DNA of 64,000 nucleotides. Origin: Gammaproteobacteria bacterium. GTDB taxonomy: Bacteria; Pseudomonadota; Gammaproteobacteria; CAJXQU01. Position 1 is the stretch's first letter. The number at the start of each line of letters is the position of its first letter. The position numbers and the translations under genes were made by a program. Location of the stretch: positions 2,848,001 to 2,912,000 of the forward strand of contig CBDEGZ010000003.1 of NCBI GenBank assembly GCA_965238175.1. The letters are read 5' to 3'. Shown piece by piece: positions 31,471-42,860 of the stretch. The notes under the pieces are model-generated. The model was not told where the DNA came from and made no database searches. It worked only from the letters and a program-made list of their open reading frames with translations.

Positions 31471-31611
31471 ATGCACAACAAAAACAAATGTAAGCGTTGT
31501 CAACAGACCCGTATGGTACTAACGGCGATGATTGTGGTTATCGTTCTTGCCGTTGTTTTTCTGGGTATAGAATCGAATACGTTTTTCTCAAAAATTTTCT
31601 CGACTCCCTAA
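31471..31611 (+). CDS. 46-aa CxxC plus single-TM small protein (not in the ORF track)
   Basis: MHNKNKCKRCQQTRMVLTAMIVVIVLAVVFLGIESNTFFSKIFSTP. Confidence 0.45.
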   Translation: MHNKNKCKRCQQTRMVLTAMIVVIVLAVVFLGIESNTFFSKIFSTP

Positions 31612-31922
31612 ATACAACTTGGAGGTTTAGGAAGACCCGCTATGCGCGCAGATTGCCTGACCGGTGCATCTGGAAATAATTTATACAAATAACGACTTTT
31701 GCCTTTATCTTCACCCAGTTTTTTTCCTATCGCTTTACCTAAAATTCGCATGATGGGTGTGATGCTATATTGTTGATAATAGTTCTGCACAAAATGAATG
31801 ATTTCCCAGTGATCTTCCGTTAATTTGATCTCTTCTTGCTGAGCAATTTTTTCAGCAACTGCAGGAGTCCAATCCTGTTGATTGATCAAAAAACCATCTT
31901 TTGTTGTTTTTACTAACTCCAT
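31608..31922 (-). CDS. tusE: Sulfur-relay protein TusE (DsrC family)
   Basis: DGFL...WT...LTEDHW...LFP...AGLPKPPSCI with a single C-terminal Cys. Confidence 0.88.
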   Translation of the reverse strand: MELVKTTKDGFLINQQDWTPAVAEKIAQQEEIKLTEDHWEIIHFVQNYYQQYSITPIMRILGKAIGKKLGEDKGKSRYLYKLFPDAPVRQSARIAGLPKPPSCI

Positions 31923-32212
31923 GTCAATGTGTTGTTATATTTGACGGTTAATTTTACAAAATCAGAATAATCAACGAGTTCTACATTGTTGATAATTTGG
32001 TCAGCTTTTATTGCTCTTGCTTTTAAATCTGCCTGAAGCACAAACACATTTTCTGTCGCCTTGATCAAATCTTCGTTTTGATTATTTTTTTTCGCAGCAA
32101 TAACTGCATTTTCGATCAAAATTATTGCATCGTTTTTTTGTAATACAGACAGACTCGTTTGCAGAGAGGATCGCATCATGGGTGAGCTATTAATAATATG
32201 CAGTGTAGACAT
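31913..32212 (-). CDS. tusB: TusB/DsrH
   Basis: LHIINSSP...DLKAR...VDYSDFVKLT...W. Confidence 0.88.
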   Translation of the reverse strand: MSTLHIINSSPMMRSSLQTSLSVLQKNDAIILIENAVIAAKKNNQNEDLIKATENVFVLQADLKARAIKADQIINNVELVDYSDFVKLTVKYNNTLTWS

Positions 32213-32227
32213 GATCAGTATTAAAAG

Positions 32228-32620
32228 TTAATCGTTAAAAACAAAGTCTTGTTGGTTAATTATTTTGCCTAATTGATCAGTATTTATTAATTTAACGGTG
32301 ACTAATAAATCTGACGTTTTTATTGCTCTTTTTTTCAGTGATTCTTCCTCGACATAAAGTTGATCAATTTCATAATCTTGCCAGGCATGAAATGCAGGTG
32401 AGAAATTTTTTATTCCAATTTCCGCAGGGTCCTGATCACGCATAATCTCTAATACGCCTTCATCCATAAACACTAAACTAACCTTATGTTCAAATGCTGA
32501 AAGCGCATAAGCCATGTCCAATGCTTCTTGCGCATGACTGCTTTGGTAAGCTGATTTACGATTAATAAACAAACAGGTTTTTTGTTGGTTCATTTCATGC
32601 TCACTCATCTTAGGCACCAA
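32228..32620 (-). CDS. tusC: TusC/DsrF
   Basis: AQEALD...VFMDEGV...YVEEESL; operon position. Confidence 0.88.
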   Translation of the reverse strand: MVPKMSEHEMNQQKTCLFINRKSAYQSSHAQEALDMAYALSAFEHKVSLVFMDEGVLEIMRDQDPAEIGIKNFSPAFHAWQDYEIDQLYVEEESLKKRAIKTSDLLVTVKLINTDQLGKIINQQDFVFND

Positions 32621-32966
32621 AGGTAATCACGCGATCAGAAACGGTAACCGCTTCGCTCAAGCGGCCAAGTGTGTCGATTTTAAATCCTGGCGCGAGTCTC
32701 GTTCCGACACCTCTTTTTTTTGCGACAGTAGAGCAGATGATCAAATCCAGATTATTATCGGTTGCAAGCATTGACCAATTTTTGATCACATCTCGATCAT
32801 CCTGTGGTGGCTCCGCTGTATCAACACCATGCCATGCACCATCAAAATAAAAAAACACCTGGACAAGATCGTGCCCCTCTTTTATGAGTGCATTGGCAAA
32901 TTTACAAGCTGTATCAGACGACTGTGATTGATACGGGCCATTGTTGACTATGATGGTGAATTTCAT
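32610..32966 (-). CDS. tusD: TusD/DsrE
   Basis: GPY...VFFYFDG...ICSTVAKKRG with the conserved Cys. Confidence 0.88.
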   Translation of the reverse strand: MKFTIIVNNGPYQSQSSDTACKFANALIKEGHDLVQVFFYFDGAWHGVDTAEPPQDDRDVIKNWSMLATDNNLDLIICSTVAKKRGVGTRLAPGFKIDTLGRLSEAVTVSDRVITFGA

Positions 32967-32983
32967 GCGTATAATATGATCAA

Positions 32984-33511
32984 ATGCTTAATACTTTGAA
33001 AACCCTATTTACCTCGTTTATGGAAATTTGCCTGTTTCGTAGCCAACCACAAGATCTCCCAGCTTCCAATTTTTTTCTTGGAATGCTGGTGCTACTTTCA
33101 ATCGTCTTTGGTTTGTTAATCAATCTGATCAACTTACCATTCGAACACGCGATGTTAGCGGTGATCTTAAATCTGTCTGTGATCGCCATTATCACCCAGT
33201 TAGTTCTTAGACTCTACAATAAATCCTTGCGCTTCAATCAGACACTTATTGCTCAATTAGGCACTGGGATCGTAATAGCAGTCATTGCTATGCCTGTCAT
33301 TGTTATGCTGCAATATGCTGAGGATAACAATGTAAATATGGCTCCAGGAGCGATTCTATGGCTGATTCTTTTTACCTGGGAGCTCTCAGTCAATGCACAT
33401 ATTCTACGTCATGCACTTTCCACCAGCTTCGTACATGGGTTTGTGATATCAGTATTATATCCTTTGATCTATTTTCGACTGTTTGAGTTTCTAATTCCTG
33501 CACAACCATGA
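32984..33511 (+). CDS. Conserved membrane protein
   Basis: Multiple TM helices, PQDLP motif; overlaps the mpl start. Confidence 0.75.
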   Translation: MLNTLKTLFTSFMEICLFRSQPQDLPASNFFLGMLVLLSIVFGLLINLINLPFEHAMLAVILNLSVIAIITQLVLRLYNKSLRFNQTLIAQLGTGIVIAVIAMPVIVMLQYAEDNNVNMAPGAILWLILFTWELSVNAHILRHALSTSFVHGFVISVLYPLIYFRLFEFLIPAQP

Positions 33512-34875
33512 AAAAAATTCACATCCTTGGAATTTGCGGCACCTTTATGGGTGGCCTTGCACTGATCGCACGCGAAATTGGTTTTGAAATCAGCGGCACT
33601 GACGCAAATGTCTACCCGCCAATGAGCACTCAACTTGAAGAAAGTGGGATCACACTTTTTCAGGGCTACAAGGCTGAACACCTTGACCCCGTACCCGATT
33701 TAGTCATCGTAGGAAATGCGATGTCTCGGGGTAATTCGATGGTTGAAGCGGTGCTTGATCGCGGGATCCCTTATACTTCTGGACCACAATGGCTGGCCGA
33801 TAATGTTCTGCAAGATCGTTGGGTTCTCGGTGTCGCTGGCACACACGGCAAAACCACAACCACCAGTATGCTCGCCTGGATTCTGGAAGATGCAAAACTC
33901 AACCCTGGATTTTTGATCGGTGGTGTAGCTGAAAATTTTGGTCTCTCTGCACGGCTTGGTGAACATCCTTTTTTTGTCATTGAGGCCGATGAATACGACA
34001 CGGCTTTTTTCGACAAACGATCTAAATTTGTTCACTATCGACCACGAACCGCAATCTTAAATAATCTTGAGTTTGATCATGCAGATATTTTTGATGATCT
34101 CGATGCGATCAAAAAACAGTTCCATCATCTGGTTCGAACCGTTCCTGCAACAGGTTTGATCATTCATCCACAGAATGACGAAAATATTGACGACGTGCTT
34201 GACCAAGGATGTTGGTCCGAAAGGCAATCTATTAGTCAAAAAGCAAATGACTCCGCCTGGTCGATCCAACCTATCTCAGCAGATTATGGAAAATTTCAAA
34301 TTTCCCATAATACTTCAACTAATAATGCATCATATGAAATTAATTGGTCTTTGATCGGCGAGCATAATGCCATGAATGCCGCTGCCGCGATTATTGCTGC
34401 CCAACACGTGGGCGTAACCCCACAAATTGCATGTGAAGCTTTATCTACTTTCAAAAGTGTAAAACGCCGTATGGAATGTTTAGGAGTGATCAATAACATC
34501 ACCGTTTATGATGACTTCGCCCACCATCCAACCGCCATTGAAAAAACACTGGAAGCACTGCGCCAGCATGTTGGTAATGCACGCATCATCAGTATTCTTG
34601 AACCAAGATCAAATACAATGCGGATGGGTATTCATAAAGATTCGTTAGAAAATTCACTGAATAATTCTGATCATAGTTTTATTTTTCAACCTCCTAATTT
34701 TGATTGGGATATTGAATCAATGATTCAAAACAATCATAAAAATAACATCTGCGATAATATTGATTCCATCATTAGTTCGGCTGTTGAGTTAGCAAAATCA
34801 GGTGATCATATTTTAATCATGAGTAATGGTAGTTTTGCTGGAATTCATACCAAACTGGTAGATGCTCTAAAGTAA
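33508..34875 (+). CDS. mpl: Murein peptide ligase
   Basis: IHILGICGTFMG, AGTHGKTTT, EADEYDTAFFDKRSKF, DDFAHHPTAI. Confidence 0.96.
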   Translation: MKKIHILGICGTFMGGLALIAREIGFEISGTDANVYPPMSTQLEESGITLFQGYKAEHLDPVPDLVIVGNAMSRGNSMVEAVLDRGIPYTSGPQWLADNVLQDRWVLGVAGTHGKTTTTSMLAWILEDAKLNPGFLIGGVAENFGLSARLGEHPFFVIEADEYDTAFFDKRSKFVHYRPRTAILNNLEFDHADIFDDLDAIKKQFHHLVRTVPATGLIIHPQNDENIDDVLDQGCWSERQSISQKANDSAWSIQPISADYGKFQISHNTSTNNASYEINWSLIGEHNAMNAAAAIIAAQHVGVTPQIACEALSTFKSVKRRMECLGVINNITVYDDFAHHPTAIEKTLEALRQHVGNARIISILEPRSNTMRMGIHKDSLENSLNNSDHSFIFQPPNFDWDIESMIQNNHKNNICDNIDSIISSAVELAKSGDHILIMSNGSFAGIHTKLVDALK

Positions 34876-34994
34876 TCTCTATTTTAAGAAAACCAATTCC
34901 AAATCAAAGCTTTAATCTTTACAAAACATCAAGTTCTTTTTCAATCTGTCGCTAACATTGTAACTACTCACAACATATAAGAGGAACGGCGACA

Positions 34995-35333
34995 ATGGCT
35001 AAACCAAGAATCTCAGACGATCCTTTATTTGCCTTATTGCGTACCGGAAAAATCTCGGAATTTAATTCTTCTATTGCAGCGGGCTCAAGCTGTGATCTGA
35101 CAGGATCGGATTTAAGTCGAACTGATTTACGCGGACTTGTTACTGAGGGTTTGGATTTCAGCAATTGTTATTTCCGTATGTCGGATCTACGTGGTATTGA
35201 TTTCAGAAACTGTAAACTTGAAGGTGCCAGTTTTGCCGATGCTAATATTTCCGGTACTTATTTTCCAAAAGAAATTGCCGCTGAAGAAATCAACATGGCC
35301 TTGGCTCATGGAACGCGAGTCCGTTATCGTTAA
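34995..35333 (+). CDS. Pentapeptide-repeat protein
   Basis: DLSRT-DLRGL...DLRGI-DFRNC-KLEGA-SFADA. Confidence 0.85.
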   Translation: MAKPRISDDPLFALLRTGKISEFNSSIAAGSSCDLTGSDLSRTDLRGLVTEGLDFSNCYFRMSDLRGIDFRNCKLEGASFADANISGTYFPKEIAAEEINMALAHGTRVRYR

Positions 35334-35370
35334 TTTAAATTAGCAATACAATTCGTAAGCCTGTAAAACG

Positions 35371-36243
35371 CTAATATAAAATCGTATCCTCCGGTTCATC
35401 AATCACTGTATTTTCAATCGTTCCAATACCTTCTATCTCAATTCGACAAACCTGTCCCGCCTTCATGTAACCACGCGGTTTCATTTTCACCCCAACCCCT
35501 GCTCCGGTTCCGGTTGAAATAATATCTCCGGGCATTAATGTAAAAGCGGTGGAAAGCGTTTTGATCATATCGTAGCAATCAAAAATCATTTCGCTGGTAT
35601 TTATCTTCTGGCGCTGTTCATCATCAACCCAGACATTAATATTCAAATTATGCGGATCCGAAATTTCATCTGAAGTCACTATCCAGGGTCCAACGGGTCC
35701 GTGGGTATCGAATGATTTTCCTAGTGTCATCGTTTGCGCCCAAAACTGCCAATCGCGAACTGAAACATCATTTACAATAGTGAATCCAGCGATCACTTTA
35801 TGGGCTTTTTCTTTCGGTACATGACGACATTTTTTGCCAATCACAAATGCGAGCTCTCCTTCATAATCGAGTTTGTCAGAGACTTTAGGTAGATGGATTG
35901 GTTCAAAAGGCCCATTCACGCAACTTGATTGCTTATTAAAAAAAGTCGGAAATGCAGGTTTATCCATTCCCGTTTCAACAATATGTTTTCCATAGTTCAA
36001 ACCGATGGCCAAAAACTTTTGTGGGTTTTGGATCGGTGCTTCAAGATGAACTTCATTCAGAGGAATTCGATCAGAATTTACGTCAATTAAATTTTGTAGT
36101 TTTTCCATCGCAACCGATCCTTCAGCTAAAAAACTAATCATGTCCATGGGTAAATTTTGATCTTGTGATGCATCAACAATTTGATCGTCAACAATCGCAC
36201 CAACTTTCATTTTGTTATTATGCGTGAAAGTTACTAATTTCAT
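35371..36243 (-). CDS. Fumarylacetoacetate hydrolase-family protein
   Basis: IGLNY, LDYEGEL, NDVSVRD, GKSFDT, PGDIISTGT. Confidence 0.92.
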   Translation of the reverse strand: MKLVTFTHNNKMKVGAIVDDQIVDASQDQNLPMDMISFLAEGSVAMEKLQNLIDVNSDRIPLNEVHLEAPIQNPQKFLAIGLNYGKHIVETGMDKPAFPTFFNKQSSCVNGPFEPIHLPKVSDKLDYEGELAFVIGKKCRHVPKEKAHKVIAGFTIVNDVSVRDWQFWAQTMTLGKSFDTHGPVGPWIVTSDEISDPHNLNINVWVDDEQRQKINTSEMIFDCYDMIKTLSTAFTLMPGDIISTGTGAGVGVKMKPRGYMKAGQVCRIEIEGIGTIENTVIDEPEDTILY

Positions 36244-36287
36244 TTTTATGCCTTCGTGATTTTTTATGATTTCGATCTATTTAATTT

Positions 36288-37124
36288 TTATATTTTTGAC
36301 AATATTTTTTGCAACATTCTATCCGGTAATATTCTTCTTAAAAAAGCAAAAAAATGCGTTGGGAAAGTAACGAAATAGTGATTTTTAGGTCGAGAACTTT
36401 CTAATGCGTGGATCACTTTTTTTAATACCGCCTCTGGTGGCAAGGTAAACGGGACTGCAGGACCCTCTGTTTCTAATCGATCCATTGTTTTTTGATACGC
36501 CTCTTTATGAACACTATTTTCCACATCGATATGCCGAAGAAATGCCCGTGTCGCATTTGCTCGAAATTGACTTTCTATCGGGCCTGGTTCTACTAAAGAA
36601 ACAAAAATACCACTGTCGTGCAATTCCATTCTTAACGTTTCACTTAAACCGTTCAAGGCAAATTTAGTCGCGTTATAAGCACCTCGATGAGCAAGTGCGA
36701 CTAAGCCCAACACCGAACTATTTTGAATAATTCGTCCTTGTTTTTGTTGTCGCATAACTGGAATGATCAAATTAGTCAACTCATGTGTACCGAATAAATT
36801 AACTTCAAATTGTTCGCGTAAAGCCTCTCGTGTTAGATCCTCAACAGCACCAGGTTGGCCATAAGCTCCGTTATTAAAAAGCGCAAACAAATTACCGCCC
36901 GTAAGTTTCAACGTTTGATCAACACAACTCTGAATCGAGCTGCTGCTTGCCAGATCTAACATAACAACTTCTAAACCTTGTTTATTTAGTTGCTCCCGAT
37001 CAACTTGTTTCCTCACCGTTGCAATGACCTGATAACCTCTTTCTTTCAGGCCAAGCGCAACGCAATGTCCAATGCCTGACGATGCGCCGGTGACAAGAAT
37101 GGATTTTTTCGAATTATTTTTCAT
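36288..37124 (-). CDS. Short-chain dehydrogenase (YbbO-like)
   Basis: TGASSGIG, NNG, YNATK. Confidence 0.92.
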   Translation of the reverse strand: MKNNSKKSILVTGASSGIGHCVALGLKERGYQVIATVRKQVDREQLNKQGLEVVMLDLASSSSIQSCVDQTLKLTGGNLFALFNNGAYGQPGAVEDLTREALREQFEVNLFGTHELTNLIIPVMRQQKQGRIIQNSSVLGLVALAHRGAYNATKFALNGLSETLRMELHDSGIFVSLVEPGPIESQFRANATRAFLRHIDVENSVHKEAYQKTMDRLETEGPAVPFTLPPEAVLKKVIHALESSRPKNHYFVTFPTHFFAFLRRILPDRMLQKILSKI

Positions 37125-37186
37125 ATACAGGTTTATCTTCTTGGGAGGACATATTATTATCCTGCGGTTCCTTCACTTATGATCAT

Positions 37187-38221
37187 ATGAAAATACTCAT
37201 TTCGTTAACCCTGCTGGTTATTTCGTTTCAGTGTTGGGGTGAATCCTTTAATTTTGATAAAAGAATACCATTTCAACAACCTTTAGGGGCAAATGAACTC
37301 GCAGTCATCATCAATAAAGCCGATCCCTTAAGTGCAACTCTTGGGGAATATTATGTCGCCAAGCGAAAAATCCCTCGCAAGAATGTTATCTATATTCATT
37401 TTGCACCCAATAAAAATGTCATGTCGAAAGAGGAGTTTTCAGTTCTCAAACGTCAAGTTGATGAAGCCACGCCCTTTAACGTACAAGCATATGCCTTAAC
37501 CTGGGTTGCGCCTTTCCGAGTTGACTGCATGTCAATCACAACTGCGTTTGCAATGGGTTTTGATCCGGCATTTTGTGCCGAAGGTTGCAAACCCACTCGT
37601 GAGAATCCTTATTTCAACTCTCTTAGTCGCAGGCCTTGGTCTGACTTTGGGATCCGACCAACAATGTCAATTGCAGCGACGTCGCTACAAAATGGCATTT
37701 CTTTGATCAGAAATGGCGTCGCCGCCGATTTTTCTTATCCGGCTGGAACTGCCTATCTGGTTAGTACCAGTGACAAGTACCGTAATGTGCGATCGCGATT
37801 TTATCCGGATTTGATCAAACGAATAGGTCCAATTTTTAACCTTGAAACAATTAAAACCAATACTCTGGAAGATAAGCATGATGTTTTTTTCTATTTTACC
37901 GGCCTAACAAAAGTAAAGAAGTTAGATACGCTAACCTTTCTTCCTGGTGCGATTGCTGATCATTTAACCTCTGCCGGTGGTGCTTTGACAGGAAGTGGCC
38001 AGATGAGTGCTCTGCGTTGGTTGGAAGCCGGTGCAACGGGGAGCTACGGTGCGGTTGTTGAGCCTTGTAATTTTATACAGAAATTCCCACTCCCCACGGT
38101 TGTCATGCAACATTATCTCTATGGCAATACCTTAATCGAAGCCTATTGGAAAAGTGTCGTCTGGCCAGGCCAGGGCATTTTTATTGGTGAACCTTTAGCG
38201 AAACCTTTTAGCTTGTTCTAG
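37187..38221 (+). CDS. TIGR03790-family exported protein
   Basis: Signal peptide; PGAIADHLTS, GATGSYGAVVEP, IGEPLA. Confidence 0.8.
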   Translation: MKILISLTLLVISFQCWGESFNFDKRIPFQQPLGANELAVIINKADPLSATLGEYYVAKRKIPRKNVIYIHFAPNKNVMSKEEFSVLKRQVDEATPFNVQAYALTWVAPFRVDCMSITTAFAMGFDPAFCAEGCKPTRENPYFNSLSRRPWSDFGIRPTMSIAATSLQNGISLIRNGVAADFSYPAGTAYLVSTSDKYRNVRSRFYPDLIKRIGPIFNLETIKTNTLEDKHDVFFYFTGLTKVKKLDTLTFLPGAIADHLTSAGGALTGSGQMSALRWLEAGATGSYGAVVEPCNFIQKFPLPTVVMQHYLYGNTLIEAYWKSVVWPGQGIFIGEPLAKPFSLF

Positions 38222-38316
38222 CACTATCTTTTAACCTCATCTTTTGGATTCCAGTTCTTTCTATGGCATGAATTCTGCGTATTAAACTTGATTACCCTAA
38301 ATCGATAAATATTAAT

Positions 38317-39771
38317 ATGGCGATTAAAACTCAAATCGATCTACTAAACCAACGACGTACAAAAATCATTGCAACATTAGGACCCTCTTCTAATGATGAA
38401 TACACCATTCGGCATCTTTTAGAAGCCGGCGTCGATGTGATTCGACTGAACATGTCACACGGTACACATGAGGATCACGAAGCAAGCTATCAGTGTGTGC
38501 GAAAACTGTCATCCGAATTAAATCGTCCTGTGGCTATTTTTGCGGATCTATGTGGCCCAAAGATTCGTACCGGCAAGTTCAAAGACGATCAAATTGAGAT
38601 TACTAATGGCGAGGAAGTCACAATAACGACTCGCGATATTCTTGGTGAATCAGGACTTATCCCCTCGCAGTACAAAGCACTTGCGCAAGACGTAATGGCC
38701 AATGACCGTATCTTAATGGACGATGGCAAACTCGAACTGCGCGTCGAATCCGTCGCTGGAGAAGATATTTCCTGTCGAGTCATACAAGGCGGCACGCTAA
38801 AAAATCACAAAGGGATCAACTTACCCGGTGTTAACGTAACAGCCCCTTCTTTAACTGAAAAAGATGAGAAAGACGCCGTATTTGCACTCAATCTTGGTGT
38901 TGATTTTCTTGCATTATCATTCGTTCGTAGGGCTGCAGATATCCACAAACTTCGCGATCTGATGGATGAACAAAAACTAGATGCCGGCATTATTGCGAAA
39001 TTTGAAAAGCCCGAAGCGCTGGAAAATGCACCTGAAATTATCCATGCTGTAAATGCGATCATGGTTGCACGAGGCGATCTCGGTGTAGAACTCACGCCTG
39101 AAGAAGTCCCAATTGCACAACGAAAATTGATCACCATGGCTAGAGATCTAAATTGCCCAGTGATCGTCGCTACACAAATGTTGGAATCCATGATCGAAAT
39201 TGCGCAACCAACACGCGCCGAAGTTTCAGATATTTCACAAGCCGTTTTCACAGGTGCAGATGCGGTTATGTTATCGGGTGAAACCGCTGCCGGAAAACAT
39301 CCTATACAAGCCGTTCGCATGATGTCACGGATTATTCACCAAACAGAAGCCTATATGTGGCAAGAAAACAGGTTCTCTGCGCTGGAGCGAGATCTAAATG
39401 AATTTGACGAGTCACCTTTTGGGCATGCAGTTGCTCACATTACTGCTGAACTAGCGCAACACCTGCAAATTAAAGCCATCCTTACACTCTCACAGTCGGG
39501 CATGTCTGCCGTTACCATTAGCTCTGCAAGACCCGCTGCACATATGATCGCGATATCCTCTGACGAACGTGTTTATCGCCGCACGAATATGCTTTGGGGA
39601 ACATTGCCAATTCTTGCTAAAGATGCAGGTTCAAAACATCCTAACGTGCTTGCACGCCAGGTTGCTAAAGATGCAGGGTTTGCAAATGAGGGTGAATATA
39701 TCGTTCTGATCCGCGGTTTCCATGCAGAAACTGAATTGAATACACCCTCAGTTACACTTCTAACAGTCTAG
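38317..39771 (+). CDS. pyk: Pyruvate kinase
   Basis: RTKIIATLGP, MVARGDLGVE, ATQMLESM, DAVMLSGE. Confidence 0.96.
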   Translation: MAIKTQIDLLNQRRTKIIATLGPSSNDEYTIRHLLEAGVDVIRLNMSHGTHEDHEASYQCVRKLSSELNRPVAIFADLCGPKIRTGKFKDDQIEITNGEEVTITTRDILGESGLIPSQYKALAQDVMANDRILMDDGKLELRVESVAGEDISCRVIQGGTLKNHKGINLPGVNVTAPSLTEKDEKDAVFALNLGVDFLALSFVRRAADIHKLRDLMDEQKLDAGIIAKFEKPEALENAPEIIHAVNAIMVARGDLGVELTPEEVPIAQRKLITMARDLNCPVIVATQMLESMIEIAQPTRAEVSDISQAVFTGADAVMLSGETAAGKHPIQAVRMMSRIIHQTEAYMWQENRFSALERDLNEFDESPFGHAVAHITAELAQHLQIKAILTLSQSGMSAVTISSARPAAHMIAISSDERVYRRTNMLWGTLPILAKDAGSKHPNVLARQVAKDAGFANEGEYIVLIRGFHAETELNTPSVTLLTV

Positions 39772-39875
39772 TCTTTCCTATAAATCTGATCTTTATCAGG
39801 TTGATCTAGCTTAGAATGAACTTTTTGTTGATATACTAGAAATTAGTTAATTCTATTCTGTAGGAGATTTTTATC

Positions 39876-40751
39876 ATGATGCGAATTGCATTATTTCTCG
39901 GCACCAATATGGCGATCATGTTGGTACTTTCTATCGTCATGAGATTGTTTGGTGTTGACCGAATGATGGCGGGTAATGGTATCCCTTATCAAGGTTTATT
40001 GATTATGTCTGCGGTCATCGGCATTACTGGTGCTTTTATTTCACTCGCCATGTCAAAAATGATGGCGAAAAAATCGGTTGCTGCGCAAGTCATTGATCAA
40101 GCTTCCAGCGAGCAAGAAATCTGGCTGGTCGAGACCGTCACACGACAAGCACGTGATGCGGGCATCGGTATGCCAGAAGTGGCGATTTTTAATTCACCGA
40201 CTCCTAATGCGTTTGCGACTGGAATGAACAAAAATAATGCGCTGGTGGCTGTCAGTACAGGGCTTTTAGACGAAATGACACGTGATGAAGCTGAAGCCGT
40301 GATGGGTCATGAAATTGCTCATGTCGCGAATGGCGATATGATCACCATGGCATTAATCCAGGGCGTAGTGAACACCTTTGTTATCTTCCTTGCCAGAGTC
40401 GCTGGTTATGTTGTCGATGGTATGCTTTCCAAAGGTGAGCAGCGTGGTAGACCGGGGTTTGGTTATTACATTTCCAGCTTCATCTTTGAAATGATCTTCG
40501 GTTTTCTGGCGAGTATGATCGTCATGTGGTTCAGTCGACAACGTGAGTTTCGAGCCGATCAAGGTGGTGCAGATCTGGCTGGTCGTCAAAAAATGATCGC
40601 AGCTTTACAACGGCTACAATCATTACAGAATCCACAACCATTACCAGAATCGTTAACTGCGTTCGGCTTTATTGGTGGCAAATTTGGAAAATTATTCTCC
40701 AGTCATCCACCGCTTGAAGTTCGTATCGCTACATTGCAAGGTCATAGCTAA
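39876..40751 (+). CDS. htpX: Protease HtpX
   Basis: [27 protein letters not shown]. Confidence 0.95.
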   Translation: MMRIALFLGTNMAIMLVLSIVMRLFGVDRMMAGNGIPYQGLLIMSAVIGITGAFISLAMSKMMAKKSVAAQVIDQASSEQEIWLVETVTRQARDAGIGMPEVAIFNSPTPNAFATGMNKNNALVAVSTGLLDEMTRDEAEAVMGHEIAHVANGDMITMALIQGVVNTFVIFLARVAGYVVDGMLSKGEQRGRPGFGYYISSFIFEMIFGFLASMIVMWFSRQREFRADQGGADLAGRQKMIAALQRLQSLQNPQPLPESLTAFGFIGGKFGKLFSSHPPLEVRIATLQGHS

Positions 40752-40768
40752 AGCTAGTCTGATCAAAA

Positions 40769-41554
40769 GTGGAGCTTAATTATTCACTCCTGAATGAAGG
40801 TAGTGAACACACGCCTATTTTTATCTTACATGGCTTGCTTGGTTCTCTGAAAAACTGGGGAGCTATCGCCCGAAAGCTGTCTGATAAATACACGGTGGTA
40901 AGTGTCGATCTCAGAAATCATGGCCGATCTCCACATACCAAGACTATGTCATATCCAGAAATGGCTGAAGATATAATTCAGCTTGTGGATAGTTTGGGCT
41001 ACCAATCGATCAACATACTTGGCCATAGCATGGGTGGAAAAGTCGCTATGAGTTGCGCGCTTGAATATCCCAATCGCATTAAAACTTTATGTGTGGCCGA
41101 TATCTCACCCGTTACTTATCAGCCTAAATTTGATGACATCATTTCTGCTTTGAAAGCACTTCCGTTAGTTCAGGTAGACAATCGAGCAAACGCAGATCAA
41201 CTATTGTCTGAAACAATAGAACAACCTCAGTTACGTCAATTCTTTTTACAAAATTTGATCAAAGAAAACGATCACTACAACTGGCGTATCAGCCTTGATG
41301 TTATTGAAAAAGCCATGCCGGTTATTTCAGGATTTCCAGACTACGCTGAAAATCGCACTTTCAACAAAGGCGCAATTTTCCTACGTGGCGCGAATTCTGA
41401 TTATATCGTTCCAGAACATCATTCCACGATCAGAAAACGTTTCCCTCAAGCTAAAATCCAGACTTTAACCCATAGTGGTCATTGGCTACATGCAGAACAA
41501 CCTGATCTTTTTTACCAATCCCTGACTGAATTTCTGGACGAAAACGCCAACTAA
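40769..41554 (+). CDS. Alpha/beta hydrolase (YbfF-like esterase)
   Basis: HGLLGS, DLRNHG, GHSMGG, GHWLHAEQP. Confidence 0.9.
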   Translation: MELNYSLLNEGSEHTPIFILHGLLGSLKNWGAIARKLSDKYTVVSVDLRNHGRSPHTKTMSYPEMAEDIIQLVDSLGYQSINILGHSMGGKVAMSCALEYPNRIKTLCVADISPVTYQPKFDDIISALKALPLVQVDNRANADQLLSETIEQPQLRQFFLQNLIKENDHYNWRISLDVIEKAMPVISGFPDYAENRTFNKGAIFLRGANSDYIVPEHHSTIRKRFPQAKIQTLTHSGHWLHAEQPDLFYQSLTEFLDENAN

Positions 41555-41602
41555 AGGCAGAATGCAGCATTCTCGTAATGTGCATCTCAGGAAACAAATA
41601 AA

Positions 41603-42817
41603 ATGTCAGAAAATTCAGTCGATAAAGTCGTTCTCGCCTACTCTGGTGGTTTAGATACCTCCGTCATTCTGAAATGGTTAGAAGATGAATACCAATGTGA
41701 GGTTGTCACGTTCACCGCTGATTTAGGCCAGGGTGAAGAAGTTGAGCCGGCGCGTGAAAAAGCCAAACAAATGGGTATTAAAGAGATCTATATTGATGAT
41801 CTCAAAGAAGAGTTTGTACGCGATTTTGTTTTCCCTATGTTTCGAGCGAATACCATCTACGAAGGTGAGTATCTACTCGGCACTTCAATAGCCAGACCTT
41901 TAATCTCAAAACGACTGATCGAGATTGCAAATGAAACCGGTGCTGATGCCGTTTCACATGGCGCAACAGGTAAGGGAAATGATCAAGTTCGTTTCGAACT
42001 GGGTGCTTATGCGCTGAAACCTGATATCAAAATTATCGCGCCATGGCGTGAGTGGGATCTCTTATCACGCGAGAAATTATTGACCTACGCAGAAAAACAC
42101 AATATCCCTATTGAAATGAAGCAGGGCAAAAAATCACCTTACTCGATGGATGCGAATTTACTGCACATCTCATATGAAGGTGGGATTTTGGAAGATCCAT
42201 GGAATGAGTCTGAAGAATCCATGTGGCGCTGGTCAGTATCACCTGAAAATGCACCAGATAAAGCTCAATATCTTGAACTCACCTACGAGAAAGGTGATAT
42301 CACAGAAATTGATGGTGAAGCAATGTCTCCAGCAACTGTTTTGACTGAGTTAAATCGCATTGGTGGAGAACATGGAATTGGCCGTCTTGATATTGTTGAG
42401 AACCGTTATGTGGGCATGAAATCACGTGGTTGTTACGAAACACCGGGCGGTACCATCATGTTAAAAGGACATCGTGCCATCGAATCGATCACACTCGATC
42501 GAGAAGTTGCACATCTTAAAGATGAGCTGATGCCACGTTATGCGAAGATAATCTATAACGGATACTGGTGGAGCCCTGAACGCGAAATGATGCAACAAAT
42601 GATCGATGCTTCGCAGATGATCGTAAATGGTATCGTTCGATTAAAACTCTACAAGGGAAATATTGAAGTTGCTGGTCGAAAATCTGATGACAGTCTATTT
42701 GATGAAAACATTGCAACCTTCGAAGATGATGCTGGTGCTTATGATCAAAAAGATGCTGAGGGCTTTATCAAATTGAATGCTTTACGCTTACGTATTGCCG
42801 GTAAAAAAGGTCGGTAA
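41603..42817 (+). CDS. argG: Argininosuccinate synthase
   Basis: [31 protein letters not shown]. Confidence 0.97.
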   Translation: MSENSVDKVVLAYSGGLDTSVILKWLEDEYQCEVVTFTADLGQGEEVEPAREKAKQMGIKEIYIDDLKEEFVRDFVFPMFRANTIYEGEYLLGTSIARPLISKRLIEIANETGADAVSHGATGKGNDQVRFELGAYALKPDIKIIAPWREWDLLSREKLLTYAEKHNIPIEMKQGKKSPYSMDANLLHISYEGGILEDPWNESEESMWRWSVSPENAPDKAQYLELTYEKGDITEIDGEAMSPATVLTELNRIGGEHGIGRLDIVENRYVGMKSRGCYETPGGTIMLKGHRAIESITLDREVAHLKDELMPRYAKIIYNGYWWSPEREMMQQMIDASQMIVNGIVRLKLYKGNIEVAGRKSDDSLFDENIATFEDDAGAYDQKDAEGFIKLNALRLRIAGKKGR

Positions 42818-42860
42818 AATAATAAGTATAAGTTACATTCCTACACAACCAAACTTAACC

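Noticed and set aside
31608-32966. dsrEFHC sulfur-oxidation operon
   Set aside because: No dsrAB nearby and the DsrC-family protein lacks the second C-terminal Cys, so tusDCBE fits better
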